Shown: positions 31,205 to 41,259 of the stretch, in pieces
Position numbering within the stretch: position 1 is the first letter of the stretch
Layout: each line of letters begins with the position of its first letter
DNA from: a virus
Reading direction: 5' to 3' (one strand)
DNA length: 64,000 nt
IMG/VR virus record: IMGVR_UViG_3300046387_001332
Notes under the pieces: model-generated
What the model was told of the DNA's origin: nothing
What the model saw: only the letters and a program-made list of their open reading frames with translations
Databases searched by the model: none
Translations under genes and position numbers: made by a program

Positions 31205-31864
31205 ATGGGTTATCTAAATAACGAAACAATAACGGTTGAAGCAACTTTAACAAAAAGAGGAAGAGAACTGCTTGCATCCGAGTCTGGACTTAACATCACA
31301 AGTTTTGCACTTGCAGATGATGAAATAGATTATACATTATACGATCCAAATCATCCAGGTGGAACTCAATACTACGATGCGGCTATTAGAAGTGTACCTG
31401 TATTTGAACCACTTACAGACGAAACACAAGCACTTAAGTATAAACTTGTAACACTTCCACCTGGAACGCAATACATACCATTAATCAAACTTGGACAACA
31501 AAGCATTACACTTGATAAGAACTATAATGGTGTAGTTTCAATTTCTCCGACAACTGATCCTGTATATAACACAACACTTGGATATACAGCTGTTTTATCA
31601 GACAGACGGGTTGGCACACTTACAGGTTCGGGTGTAGACGGAACGGCTGCGTCATCATCTGCATTGTTTCTTGGTGACACTTCAAGTGAACAGGCACAAA
31701 CTGTAGTTGGATTGACATTTACATTTAGACCAAATGCTTCTATTGATAAAGATAGAACCGCAACATTAACAATCATTGGTAACGAAAGTGGTGGTTCGGT
31801 TACAATACCAGTTCGTGTATTTACAGACGCAATGGCAGAAAGTGGAATATCTGAATCATTATGA
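31205..31864 (+). CDS. Conserved baseplate/collar-like structural protein
   Basis: ATLTKRGRELLA...ITSFALADDEIDY resembles the start of tail-collar (DUF3751-like) domains; Ig-like C-terminus. Confidence 0.6.
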   Translation: MGYLNNETITVEATLTKRGRELLASESGLNITSFALADDEIDYTLYDPNHPGGTQYYDAAIRSVPVFEPLTDETQALKYKLVTLPPGTQYIPLIKLGQQSITLDKNYNGVVSISPTTDPVYNTTLGYTAVLSDRRVGTLTGSGVDGTAASSSALFLGDTSSEQAQTVVGLTFTFRPNASIDKDRTATLTIIGNESGGSVTIPVRVFTDAMAESGISESL

Positions 31865-33354
31865 TATATAAACAAATAGAAGAAACCGATAAAGTATTTG
31901 GTCGTTCTCAGAAAATATCTTCAGGAAGTTTTACAGAAGGTTTTCAATTATTGGGTATGCACATTGATGAAAGAGAATTAAATTCTGAACTTACAAAATA
32001 TGTACAATCCGGAGTAGGTCAAACTGAAGATGACTCTGATTTACTCGGATTAAATGCAGATGAACTGGCAACACAAAATTTTGTAAGTGATCCTGATTAC
32101 TCTACATTTAATTCAAAGTTTTTAATACAGGGTTATTCACCAAGTGTTGATGTAACTAACAATTACCATGACTCACACTGGACAACGGTACAATTTGGTG
32201 ATTATTATGCAAATGTATACAACGAAGAAACTCAAATTGGTGAACTAGAAAACGAAAATGCAGAGGTTCAATTTACTATAACATACGGAAACAAATTTGG
32301 ATATGGAAGTCGTGTTGGAACAAAATCTGCATCGGTCACAAAAGCAATATATTCCCAATACAAAAATTTGTTATTGGGTCCTGGTGATGATAGTTTCACA
32401 TTTACATCTGATAATGCTAGTTTATCCGGTAAAGACCGAGATTCTATATTTGTAATGAATATGTCCGCGACTGCATTAAAAGAAAAAATTGATGAAGGTA
32501 ATCTAGAGTTTACTCTTAGTTTGACTGCAAGATTTACGTATAATGAAAATAATAATGAAGAATTTATAGAAAAAACATTTTCACAAACATTCAAAGATGA
32601 TTCAAGATACGAGGGGAATATTTTATCGGCAACGGGTGAGAAGAAGGTAGAAAAGTCTTTTAATATAATAAAAGGAACTCTTGCTGATGGAAATCCAATA
32701 GAAACTGATAAATATGCCGTGGGAACGGGTGAAGGGGCAGGAGAAGGTTTTGGTTTAGTTTATCCAGACTTGGGAATTATAATTTTAAATCCATATGCAC
32801 TTGCGTGTGAGTTTGGTACTAAAATAGAAACTTGGTATGACGAATGGTACTCACCCACAAAAACTGATATATTTCCACCAAGAGATGAAAATTGCGGAAG
32901 AGTTCTTGCTTGGTATGGTTCAATTGATCAAACCGCAACAACAGAACAAGCAGATGATGTAAAATACGGAATTGAAAGAAATCACCAAAACTTTTTAAAA
33001 CTATTTTATATGTTAAAACTTGGTGGTGACATTAAATGTCGTAGTAGTGAATTAATTCCATCTAAGCACTACTTTATCAGAGTTAGGAATTCTGATTTTA
33101 ATTATTCAAATAATCCTACTTTTATCTATCAAAATAAAGAAGCAAGGCAACTTTCTCAGTCAGAAGGTCTCCCACTTGAGTATTTTTCAGGACGATTGAG
33201 ATTTGATTCATTTTCCAATGACCCTAAAACTTACATTACAACAATTGGTTTGTATACAGAAAACAATGAACTTGTGGCAGTTGCGAAATTGAGTGTACCT
33301 GTTCTTAAAAGTTTTGATACAGAAACATTAATTAAAGTAAAATTAGATTTCTAA
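31861..33354 (+). CDS. Baseplate/collar-like structural protein
   Basis: C-terminal YITTIGLY..NNELVAVAKLSVPVLK...IKVKLDF; paralogous to 33387..37499. Confidence 0.6.
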   Translation: MIYKQIEETDKVFGRSQKISSGSFTEGFQLLGMHIDERELNSELTKYVQSGVGQTEDDSDLLGLNADELATQNFVSDPDYSTFNSKFLIQGYSPSVDVTNNYHDSHWTTVQFGDYYANVYNEETQIGELENENAEVQFTITYGNKFGYGSRVGTKSASVTKAIYSQYKNLLLGPGDDSFTFTSDNASLSGKDRDSIFVMNMSATALKEKIDEGNLEFTLSLTARFTYNENNNEEFIEKTFSQTFKDDSRYEGNILSATGEKKVEKSFNIIKGTLADGNPIETDKYAVGTGEGAGEGFGLVYPDLGIIILNPYALACEFGTKIETWYDEWYSPTKTDIFPPRDENCGRVLAWYGSIDQTATTEQADDVKYGIERNHQNFLKLFYMLKLGGDIKCRSSELIPSKHYFIRVRNSDFNYSNNPTFIYQNKEARQLSQSEGLPLEYFSGRLRFDSFSNDPKTYITTIGLYTENNELVAVAKLSVPVLKSFDTETLIKVKLDF

Positions 33355-33386
33355 CCTAATATTTAATCAAAAATATATTTATATTT

Positions 33387-36300
33387 ATGATTAAGAGTTT
33401 AAAGGTTTCTGATAAAACTGTAAGAAAGTTTAAATCTAGCAAGAGTTGGAAACACTCTACCATCGACTCATTGACGAATTTAGTATTAGAACAAACACAG
33501 AATAACGGTCGTCAAGTGAAAATTCAGTTGGATGATAACCTTGGACTTGCAACGGAGCAAAACAATAATACAACTGATATAAAAATAAAGTATGGAAAAA
33601 ACACAACTGGCACGTTCTATCCAGTTACTCATAAAAACTATAATTCAGAATATGAAAAAGTAAACTACGATGGTTCTTATTATAGAAATGTGTATAATTC
33701 AGTTAAGCATTTATTTTATAATGATTACGGAATTTATACAAACGATGAAGATATAAAAAACCCACTGATGGTGTTTGGTTCGGAAACTGGTCAGTATAAG
33801 ATAGAAAGTAGTGACTCAAATTCATTTGGTGATGTTCAAAATAATTACGAAAGAAGAATTATTCGTGATGAAATGTTAGTCATTGAAATTGCTAAGAAAA
33901 ACTTTGGTGAAAAAATAAAACCAAACTCTTTTAAAATACGAGATTTTTCATCACCACATGGAGTAATTGAAATAATTGATGATGGTGCAACCAATTTAAT
34001 GATAAGTGAGAACTCTTTTAATGAGATTAAAGAAGTTAAAAGATCAAAATCAAAAAAATTAAATAAAGAGGATTACGATGAAAAACTAAATTCATCAGAT
34101 ATGCTAGTTGGAAAAAAACTTGCATCTGATGGGGATTATATACTTGCTGGTGTTCCCATGAATCAAGATTCACCAAGTGATCTATTAACAGGTAGTGCAT
34201 CGTTATTCAGATACGACACAGAAACAAAAGAATTTAGAAGTGTGCGAGAATTTATGTGTCCTTTCACTCAACAAGGGTTGATAAATGAATCAAAATTAAA
34301 TTCAAATAGTTTCTTAGTAACTGAATTGGGTGAAATTCTATCGGGTAAAAACTATTCAATAAATGATAAGTTTGGAGAATCGGTTGAATTGAAAAATGGA
34401 ACTTGTGCAATCGGTTCACCTGAGTCACATATACACGGTGTATGTAACGATGCCCGACAAGGTCATGTATTTTTGTATGATGTTGACAAAGGAGGTTCTG
34501 AAAATTGGGGTTTAACCGAAATATTAGAGGGTGATCCTGGTTCTGAATTTGGTTCTTCTATTTCAATACATGGAAAATACATGGCAGTGGGTTCACCTGG
34601 TGCTTACAAGGGTAAGGGTGCTATATACATTTTTGAAAAAACTATTAGAAACAAAACGTCTCCTTGGTGGAGAATATCAGATGCACACTCTGACTTTTGC
34701 TATAATGAGATGTCAAAAACTCACCGTGGCATTCCTGTGTGTGATAAATTAAAAGAGTTAAACGAATCTGCGTATCGTTGGAAAATAAAAACTGCGTCAC
34801 CTGAGAATTATGGTTTAACTTATTTTGGTACAACGGAAGATGATGTATGTGAGCTAAATCAAATTGGTACTTTTGAAGATGATGATGAAGTTTCATCTTT
34901 TGGGTTTGAAACATCATTTCCAGTTTCACATTATCATAAATTTGATAAGGAGCGACGTACACCTGAGTATGGAGAGGGTGATATTACGTGGAATTTGGTG
35001 GCAATAGTCAAAAGTGATAAAGTAAATCGCCTCGGTGAAAATATTAAATTGTATGACGATTTGTTAGTTTCAACATCACCAACATCTGATCATAAAAAGG
35101 CAGTTGTGTTTAAGAAATATAAATCAGATGATGGTTGTTTTTTATGGAAGCATACTCATTCTTTGCATAAAAACTTTATCTATAATTATGATTTTGAAAG
35201 TGTAAATATTTCTAAATATTTTAATGATATAAGATTCAATCTTGAAGATGACACTATCACAATAGAGGTTGATGTGAAGCAAGTGGCCGAATCTACTGAT
35301 GTAGGTTTTATATATAGATTTGACAAACTATTTGGGGAAGGAAAAGATGCATTTAACAGTAGACTTTTACATGGTGGTGAGGTAGTAAAATCAAATAAAT
35401 TTAAACTTACTGATGTTCCTCCTGGAGAACATAAAATTTATATAGGTAGATATATTGATAAATATTTAGTTGGCATTCCTTCGGTCATATCATTTTCAAT
35501 AAATCCTCATGTACAGGAAGTGGAGGAACGACCACCTCAAGTTAAATACCCATATCAATATTTTTCAAATAAATATACAAACTATGGAGTATCACTTGAA
35601 ACAAATGGCAAATATATTCTCATAGGTGATGACAATGACAGAGTATATGTTGATACAGATTTAGAATTGACAAAGGGAGTATCATATTCATCGGGATCGG
35701 TATGGGTTTATGAAATTGAAAAAAATAGTATTTCCTACTTACAAAAATTATATGAAATAGAAGATGAAGAACGAAGATTCAATAACAGATTTGGATGTTC
35801 TGTGTCAATGATTGGTAACGACTTTATTGTAGGATCGCCTTGTACAGATGAAAGTAAAATAATATTAGAAAATAAAGGGTTAGATGTTAAAATACCAGAT
35901 TATGAACTTGGGGTAGAAAACTATGAAGAAGATTTTTATAATGTTCATCAATCATTGTTTACTTCATTTACATATGAATTTATAGGAGACGGTGACATTG
36001 ATATGTTAATTTATATTGATGTAAAGGATTTAGTTGATATTAATTTGGAAAATATAACTGACTTTGAATTAAATGCTTCTTTCATATTTTCCGACAAAAA
36101 TTATATAGATACTAACAATGGTGAACTTACCCGTGGTATTTACAAAAATAAAAACTACTTAACTGATAACAAAGTTTGCTTTGCAGTAAAAACAATTTCA
36201 CACTTATTTGATCCAAATGAAAAAATTGAATTTTCATATTCAATAAAACGCAATAGTATACAAGGTACAACCACTTATTTTAGAATTGGTGAAAATAACA

Positions 36301-37499
36301 AAATAGAATCCCTTAAAAATATAAAAAGTGTAAAACAAAAGAATAAAGTAAAAACAAGTTATGGAATTGATGTATCATTAAGTTCTACAAGAATTTATGT
36401 AGGGAATTCAATAATAGGTGATTGGCCGGTGGATCAAATAACTGGATTTGATAACACAGAGATTGTATCATTTGATGATTGCTCTCACATTTATTCAAAC
36501 CGAGGAGACATAATTTGGGGTAACTTGGAAAAGAATGACTTGATTCTAGAAGGTTCAATACTTGCGTATGATGTCAAAACAATACGGGATGGTGGTAGGG
36601 TTTACGTGGGCAATGTGTTTTACAAAAACGGCATTGCTGTAATATCAGAATTATCTGAGTATTATGAAAATCTTCTAAAATTTGGTGGTCGCACAGGATA
36701 TGAAATTACATTTGATAGTATTAATAGCATTTATGAAAATGAAATTTTGTGTAAAGTAAATCCACACGAATTTAACGCAAGTACAAATCCAACTTCCATC
36801 ATTGAGTCAAATATTGCATTTGATGTAAATGGAGATGGAAAGTTTGACATAATTGATTTATCGTTTATTTATCGTTACATACTCGGTTCTTTCAGAAGAG
36901 CACAGGTTGATGATTCAGAAACAGGTGAATTATCAAATACTCTTGTACTAGAGCAAAACTCTAACTGGCCAAATGAAGATGTATTGATGAGTGAGTCGGA
37001 AGATGCATTATTTATAAATGTATTACAAAATCTTACAAGTGACATGAATTTAAGTAAGTCGGAGGAACTTAGAATTTTGGATAAACTAGATCAATTAAAC
37101 TCACTAAAAGAAAATGGATTGGATATAGATGGTGATGGTGTTGTATCGGCTAATGATGCAAAACTACTAGCAAGATACTTTGTAGGAAGGCAAGGCAAAG
37201 CACTTACAAGTGGCATAATAAATCCATTAAACTCTACCGCAATTCGTAAGAACGCATTTGAAATTGTACAATATCTAGACGAAAAAACTGGAAAATACAG
37301 TGGCAGGGAAATTATAAAAGACTTTTTAGATTATGAAAAAAATGATCTTAATGATAAAAAAGGTAGTTATCTCGCACCATACGCAACAACGATTGGTTTA
37401 TATGATGGAAACGATTTGGTAATGGTTGCTAAATTAGCAAAACCAGTAAAAATCATACCAAACTACCCAATAAATTTTTTGATAAAATACGATGTTTAA
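33387..37499 (+). CDS. Structural protein with FG-GAP-like beta-propeller and dockerin/EF-hand-like repeats
   Basis: Repeated FGxSV...xxGSP...GxVYxF blades; DVNGDGKFDIIDL and DIDGDGVVSANDA; C-terminus paralogous to 31861..33354. Confidence 0.7.
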   Translation: MIKSLKVSDKTVRKFKSSKSWKHSTIDSLTNLVLEQTQNNGRQVKIQLDDNLGLATEQNNNTTDIKIKYGKNTTGTFYPVTHKNYNSEYEKVNYDGSYYRNVYNSVKHLFYNDYGIYTNDEDIKNPLMVFGSETGQYKIESSDSNSFGDVQNNYERRIIRDEMLVIEIAKKNFGEKIKPNSFKIRDFSSPHGVIEIIDDGATNLMISENSFNEIKEVKRSKSKKLNKEDYDEKLNSSDMLVGKKLASDGDYILAGVPMNQDSPSDLLTGSASLFRYDTETKEFRSVREFMCPFTQQGLINESKLNSNSFLVTELGEILSGKNYSINDKFGESVELKNGTCAIGSPESHIHGVCNDARQGHVFLYDVDKGGSENWGLTEILEGDPGSEFGSSISIHGKYMAVGSPGAYKGKGAIYIFEKTIRNKTSPWWRISDAHSDFCYNEMSKTHRGIPVCDKLKELNESAYRWKIKTASPENYGLTYFGTTEDDVCELNQIGTFEDDDEVSSFGFETSFPVSHYHKFDKERRTPEYGEGDITWNLVAIVKSDKVNRLGENIKLYDDLLVSTSPTSDHKKAVVFKKYKSDDGCFLWKHTHSLHKNFIYNYDFESVNISKYFNDIRFNLEDDTITIEVDVKQVAESTDVGFIYRFDKLFGEGKDAFNSRLLHGGEVVKSNKFKLTDVPPGEHKIYIGRYIDKYLVGIPSVISFSINPHVQEVEERPPQVKYPYQYFSNKYTNYGVSLETNGKYILIGDDNDRVYVDTDLELTKGVSYSSGSVWVYEIEKNSISYLQKLYEIEDEERRFNNRFGCSVSMIGNDFIVGSPCTDESKIILENKGLDVKIPDYELGVENYEEDFYNVHQSLFTSFTYEFIGDGDIDMLIYIDVKDLVDINLENITDFELNASFIFSDKNYIDTNNGELTRGIYKNKNYLTDNKVCFAVKTISHLFDPNEKIEFSYSIKRNSIQGTTTYFRIGENNKIESLKNIKSVKQKNKVKTSYGIDVSLSSTRIYVGNSIIGDWPVDQITGFDNTEIVSFDDCSHIYSNRGDIIWGNLEKNDLILEGSILAYDVKTIRDGGRVYVGNVFYKNGIAVISELSEYYENLLKFGGRTGYEITFDSINSIYENEILCKVNPHEFNASTNPTSIIESNIAFDVNGDGKFDIIDLSFIYRYILGSFRRAQVDDSETGELSNTLVLEQNSNWPNEDVLMSESEDALFINVLQNLTSDMNLSKSEELRILDKLDQLNSLKENGLDIDGDGVVSANDAKLLARYFVGRQGKALTSGIINPLNSTAIRKNAFEIVQYLDEKTGKYSGREIIKDFLDYEKNDLNDKKGSYLAPYATTIGLYDGNDLVMVAKLAKPVKIIPNYPINFLIKYDV

Positions 37500-37547
37500 C
37501 ATTTCAATCTAATATTTATATTAAAACTTCAACAAGGAGACAAAAAA

Positions 37548-38141
37548 ATGGCAGGAGACGCAGACTTACATACAAGTAAAAATTCAAGTTTAAAAAACGG
37601 AGCAAGTTTTTCCGACTTTAGAACTGGGCAAGATAGAAGAAGAACCGGCATAATTGGTCGGTTTGAATCAGACGGAGCAGGAACATTTTACAGAAATTCG
37701 ATGCCCGCACCAATTGCAGGATCTGCTCCTGGTGTAAATACATTCGCAAGAACCGGTGGTCGTGGCCAAGGTGTTAATTTCTTTACATACGGTCAAAATG
37801 TAAAGAAAGGTGATCAATCTTTTTTAAGTGGGGTTTCCCGTGCCGATGTGGGTGGTGTAGAAGCAGGAGCACAAAACGACACATTTAGTGGTGGTTCTAC
37901 AATTGCAGGATTCACAACTCACATTGCAAAGGGTATGTCTCAGTATAGTGACTATGGTGCTGATACCGGAGCAGTAGGAGATACTGCCGATGCAAGTTAT
38001 TATCGTTCTGGTGGTGGAGCAAAGTTCGATACAGAACGATATGCTAACTATATGGCAAATATGGTTGGAACTCAAAGTGCAGAAGGTCTTGCATCTGCCG
38101 GAAAAGGAGTTCTTAGTAACTCACGTACCGGTGTTGAATAA
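37548..38141 (+). CDS. Gly-rich hypothetical protein
   Basis: ORF with strong SD (AAGGAG) and upstream ATATTTAT. Confidence 0.7.
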   Translation: MAGDADLHTSKNSSLKNGASFSDFRTGQDRRRTGIIGRFESDGAGTFYRNSMPAPIAGSAPGVNTFARTGGRGQGVNFFTYGQNVKKGDQSFLSGVSRADVGGVEAGAQNDTFSGGSTIAGFTTHIAKGMSQYSDYGADTGAVGDTADASYYRSGGGAKFDTERYANYMANMVGTQSAEGLASAGKGVLSNSRTGVE

Positions 38142-38151
38142 ATTTAAATAA

Positions 38152-38180
38152 TTGACTTTTTAGTTAATTTGGCATATTTT
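38152..38180 (+). promoter_or_regulatory. Sigma70-type promoter for the resolvase-primase-Mre11/Rad50 operon
   Basis: TTGACT 38152-38157, 17 nt, TATTTT 38175-38180; ATG at 38186. Confidence 0.5.
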
Positions 38181-38185
38181 AATTT

Positions 38186-38713
38186 ATGCCAAAAAACAAA
38201 TTATGTCTCGGACTGGATTTAAGTTCTACTACGGTTGGTTATTGTTTTTCATCATCTTCAACTGATATTTTAAAAGCAGGATTCATTCCAGTTCATAAAG
38301 AAATCTCCATTAGAAGTAAAGCACATAAGGTTGCAGAGGAATTGAAAAATATTCAACTGCAACCTTTTGTTGTTATTGTAGAAGATTCGTTAAGTGGATT
38401 TGGTGGTGGGAGAACAAGTCAGCAGACTATTGTAAAATTAGCAAAGTGTAATGCCATAATAAGTTATGTTGTAGAAGAGTTGTATAATATAGAAGTACAA
38501 CATATAAATGTATCTACCATGCGTAAAGCAGTATTTGGAAAAAGCAGAGAAAAAGGATTAGATAGTAAAACATTTGTAAAGTGCAATCTTGAAAATATGC
38601 TTGATTTATCCGACTTTATTCACTATAATTCTAAGAATAATTATGATAAAAAAAACTATGATATGCTTGATGCCGTAGTCGCATCTTTGTATTATTGGTA
38701 TTCTTTAAAATAG
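38186..38713 (+). CDS. RuvC-like Holliday junction resolvase
   Basis: LGLDLSSTTVG, IVED and DMLDA RNase H-fold acidic motifs. Confidence 0.8.
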   Translation: MPKNKLCLGLDLSSTTVGYCFSSSSTDILKAGFIPVHKEISIRSKAHKVAEELKNIQLQPFVVIVEDSLSGFGGGRTSQQTIVKLAKCNAIISYVVEELYNIEVQHINVSTMRKAVFGKSREKGLDSKTFVKCNLENMLDLSDFIHYNSKNNYDKKNYDMLDAVVASLYYWYSLK

Positions 38714-39642
38714 TGGGCATCTCTGAACAAAAACTTCTCAATCTTCTGCAAAAAGTATTAGGAGCTGGAAAAATCGTCTCTAAAGACGAGGCTATGTTTT
38801 TGTGTCCATTTTCCCATCATAGAAAACCCAAACTTGCGATTAATTTATCCACACAAAGATGGCAAAGTTGGATTGATACAAATGCAAAGGGAAGATCAAT
38901 CTATGGTTTATTCAAAAAGATGAATGTTGCTCCGCAATATCTTACAGAACTTTCAAGAATTGTAAAGATACCCAAAAGTACGCAACAAAGTGAAGAAGAA
39001 CAAATTAAAATTCATCTTCCATACGAATTTACCTCATTGCGGTATGATACTGAAAAAACGAGATCATCAAAGGCTGCGTTTAATTATCTAAGACAAAGAA
39101 ACATATTTTCTTATGATATAGAAAGATATAATATTGGATATTGCGAAAGTGGTGATTATGCGAATAGAATCATAGTACCATCATATGATTGCGACAATAA
39201 TTTAAATTATTTTATAGCAAGAGATTTTACCGGAACTGCGTATTTACGATACAAAAATCCACCAGTCAGTAAAGATGTTGTGGTGTTTGAGAATCAAATT
39301 GATTTCTCCGAACCACTTATTTTTTGTGAAGGTGTATTTGATGCTATGGCAATTCGTCGAAATGCAATTCCACTATTGGGGAAGAATATTCCAAGTAAAC
39401 TAAAAACAAAATTAGTTGAACATGGAGTTTCTGAAATATGCATTGTTCTTGATAACGATGCATTTAAAAACGCATTACAAATTTCCGAAACATTGATGAA
39501 CGAGAATGTTCGTGTCAAATTAGTAAAAATGGGAAATGACGATGCGGCGGACATTGGGTTTAATAAAATAATTCATAAAATTAGAAATGCAGAACTTCTT
39601 GATTTTAGTGAATTGATGAAGCAAAAGTTATGCATGAACTAA
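38713..39642 (+). CDS. DnaG-type (TOPRIM) DNA primase
   Basis: CPF..H, YLRQR, RIIVP, FIAR, YKNP, CEGVFDA, LDNDA; GTG overlapping the upstream TAG preferred to the track start at 38695. Confidence 0.88.
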   Translation: MGISEQKLLNLLQKVLGAGKIVSKDEAMFLCPFSHHRKPKLAINLSTQRWQSWIDTNAKGRSIYGLFKKMNVAPQYLTELSRIVKIPKSTQQSEEEQIKIHLPYEFTSLRYDTEKTRSSKAAFNYLRQRNIFSYDIERYNIGYCESGDYANRIIVPSYDCDNNLNYFIARDFTGTAYLRYKNPPVSKDVVVFENQIDFSEPLIFCEGVFDAMAIRRNAIPLLGKNIPSKLKTKLVEHGVSEICIVLDNDAFKNALQISETLMNENVRVKLVKMGNDDAADIGFNKIIHKIRNAELLDFSELMKQKLCMN

Positions 39643-40334
39643 AAACAAATTTAAAGAACGTTGAAAAAGTATATCATCTCGCAGACATTCATATAAGAAA
39701 CGTAAAAAGACACAACGAATATTCATTGGTATTTGAAAACTTTTACAAACAAGTAAAAGAAGATAATCTTGATAACGCAATTATTTTTATTGGTGGAGAC
39801 ATTGCTCATGCCAAAACAGAAATGAGTCCAGAGTTGATTCATCAAATATCTTCATTTTTAAGAGAGTGTTCTAAACTTCATCCAACGATTGTTATTGCTG
39901 GTAACCACGATTGTAATTTAAACAATCCTGATCGTCTTGATGTATTGTCTCCTATTATGGACATGATGGATGATGACAATTTATTTTATTTAAAAGATAG
40001 TGGTGCATATAAAATAGGTGATGTCGCAATTGGTGTATTTGGTATTTTTGATGATCCCAACGAATATGTACGTGGAACTGATATAACAGATAAATCTATT
40101 AATACAAAGATTGCAGTTTATCATGGTGCAGTAAAAAGAAGCAGAACTGATGTTGGTTATGTTGTTATGGGAGGTGACATTGAGTTGCCTATGTTCAATG
40201 GATATGATATAGTCATGTTGGGTGATATCCACAAATATCAAACACTACAAGAATACCAAACAGAGCATAGATTTATACCCGAATCTAAAGTTGATGAATA
40301 TAAACTAGAAGGATGGGAACTTGCAGATGTCTAA
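39630..40334 (+). CDS. Mre11/SbcD/gp47-like nuclease, N-terminal fragment
   Basis: Metallophosphoesterase motifs DIH, GGD, GNHD, YHG and LGDIH; lacks the following YxGS segment, which is in 41249..43849. Confidence 0.88.
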   Translation: MHELKTNLKNVEKVYHLADIHIRNVKRHNEYSLVFENFYKQVKEDNLDNAIIFIGGDIAHAKTEMSPELIHQISSFLRECSKLHPTIVIAGNHDCNLNNPDRLDVLSPIMDMMDDDNLFYLKDSGAYKIGDVAIGVFGIFDDPNEYVRGTDITDKSINTKIAVYHGAVKRSRTDVGYVVMGGDIELPMFNGYDIVMLGDIHKYQTLQEYQTEHRFIPESKVDEYKLEGWELADV

Positions 40335-41259
40335 ACGATTTTTAATAAAGTGCAACCACATTCACATTGGTGATATTTTATTTGCAAGCAGTGTTGCAAA
40401 AAAATTAAATGAAGAACAAGGACCGTGTTCTGTCCATTTCTCAGTAAATTACTTGCAACCGATTGAGTTGCTCAATAATAATCCTTACATTGATAAAGTC
40501 TTTTTTAATGAAAGTTTCGGAACATACGATGAAGTTTTCAATTTAATCGGAGACACAGACACACTAAATCCATATGAATCTGCGGTATCTCAATTTCAAA
40601 GAATGTGTAATATAAAAAACTTCGATGATACCTTTGAAATTTATACAAACCCTTCTTTAGATTATTCAATTAGTGAAAGTTTTCGTGAACTTGTTAAAAT
40701 AGGAGATTGGCCAAACTCATTAATTAAAGTAGGTTATCAGTGTGACTGGGATAAAAAAAGTTTTTTATTTACCGAAGAACAATACGAACGTGCTGAACAC
40801 GGAGAAGACGGAACAGGATATGGTGATGGTTCTCGTAATGTATACGATATTATCAATTGTCTAGAAATTAATTCTAATATTATGTTATTTGCGTTGGGTC
40901 TTGATGATAAAATTTCAAAAAGATATCCTGCTATCAATTCAACTAGCAAATTTACTTTTACTGCAAGTTTAATTAAGAATTGTGATTTTGTTATAGGAGC
41001 AGAGGGGTGTCTAACAAACATATCATCTGCGTTGGGTGTGAAAACAATAATTACCACAGATTACATACACCAAATGTTTGGACCCAAAGGAATTAAATGG
41101 CAACAAGAAGGTGGTGATTTAAATAACCTAGAATGTCGTAAACCTTTTTTAGGACCTTGTAATTATTTTCCGAAAGCAGATCACATCCACCTCAATCCAT
41201 ATCTCACCGATCAACAAGTTGGAGAAGAAATTTTAAAAGTAGTTACACATGGAAGATAA
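40327..41259 (+). CDS. GT9-like (GT-B fold) glycosyltransferase inserted within the Mre11-Rad50 gene
   Basis: HIGDILFASSVAKKL, LLNNNPYIDKV, TASLIKNCDFVIGAEGCLTNISSALGVKTI. Confidence 0.75.
   Translation: MSKRFLIKCNHIHIGDILFASSVAKKLNEEQGPCSVHFSVNYLQPIELLNNNPYIDKVFFNESFGTYDEVFNLIGDTDTLNPYESAVSQFQRMCNIKNFDDTFEIYTNPSLDYSISESFRELVKIGDWPNSLIKVGYQCDWDKKSFLFTEEQYERAEHGEDGTGYGDGSRNVYDIINCLEINSNIMLFALGLDDKISKRYPAINSTSKFTFTASLIKNCDFVIGAEGCLTNISSALGVKTIITTDYIHQMFGPKGIKWQQEGGDLNNLECRKPFLGPCNYFPKADHIHLNPYLTDQQVGEEILKVVTHGR

Noticed and set aside
40327-41259. Group I/II intron, intein or ribosomal bypass explaining the Mre11 split
   Set aside because: The insert is entirely occupied by a GT9-like ORF with no room for a ribozyme core, no homing endonuclease or RT motifs and no intein termini. 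About 915 nt is far longer than the 50-nt T4 gene 60 hop, and part 2 has its own coupled ATG. Not excluded experimentally.
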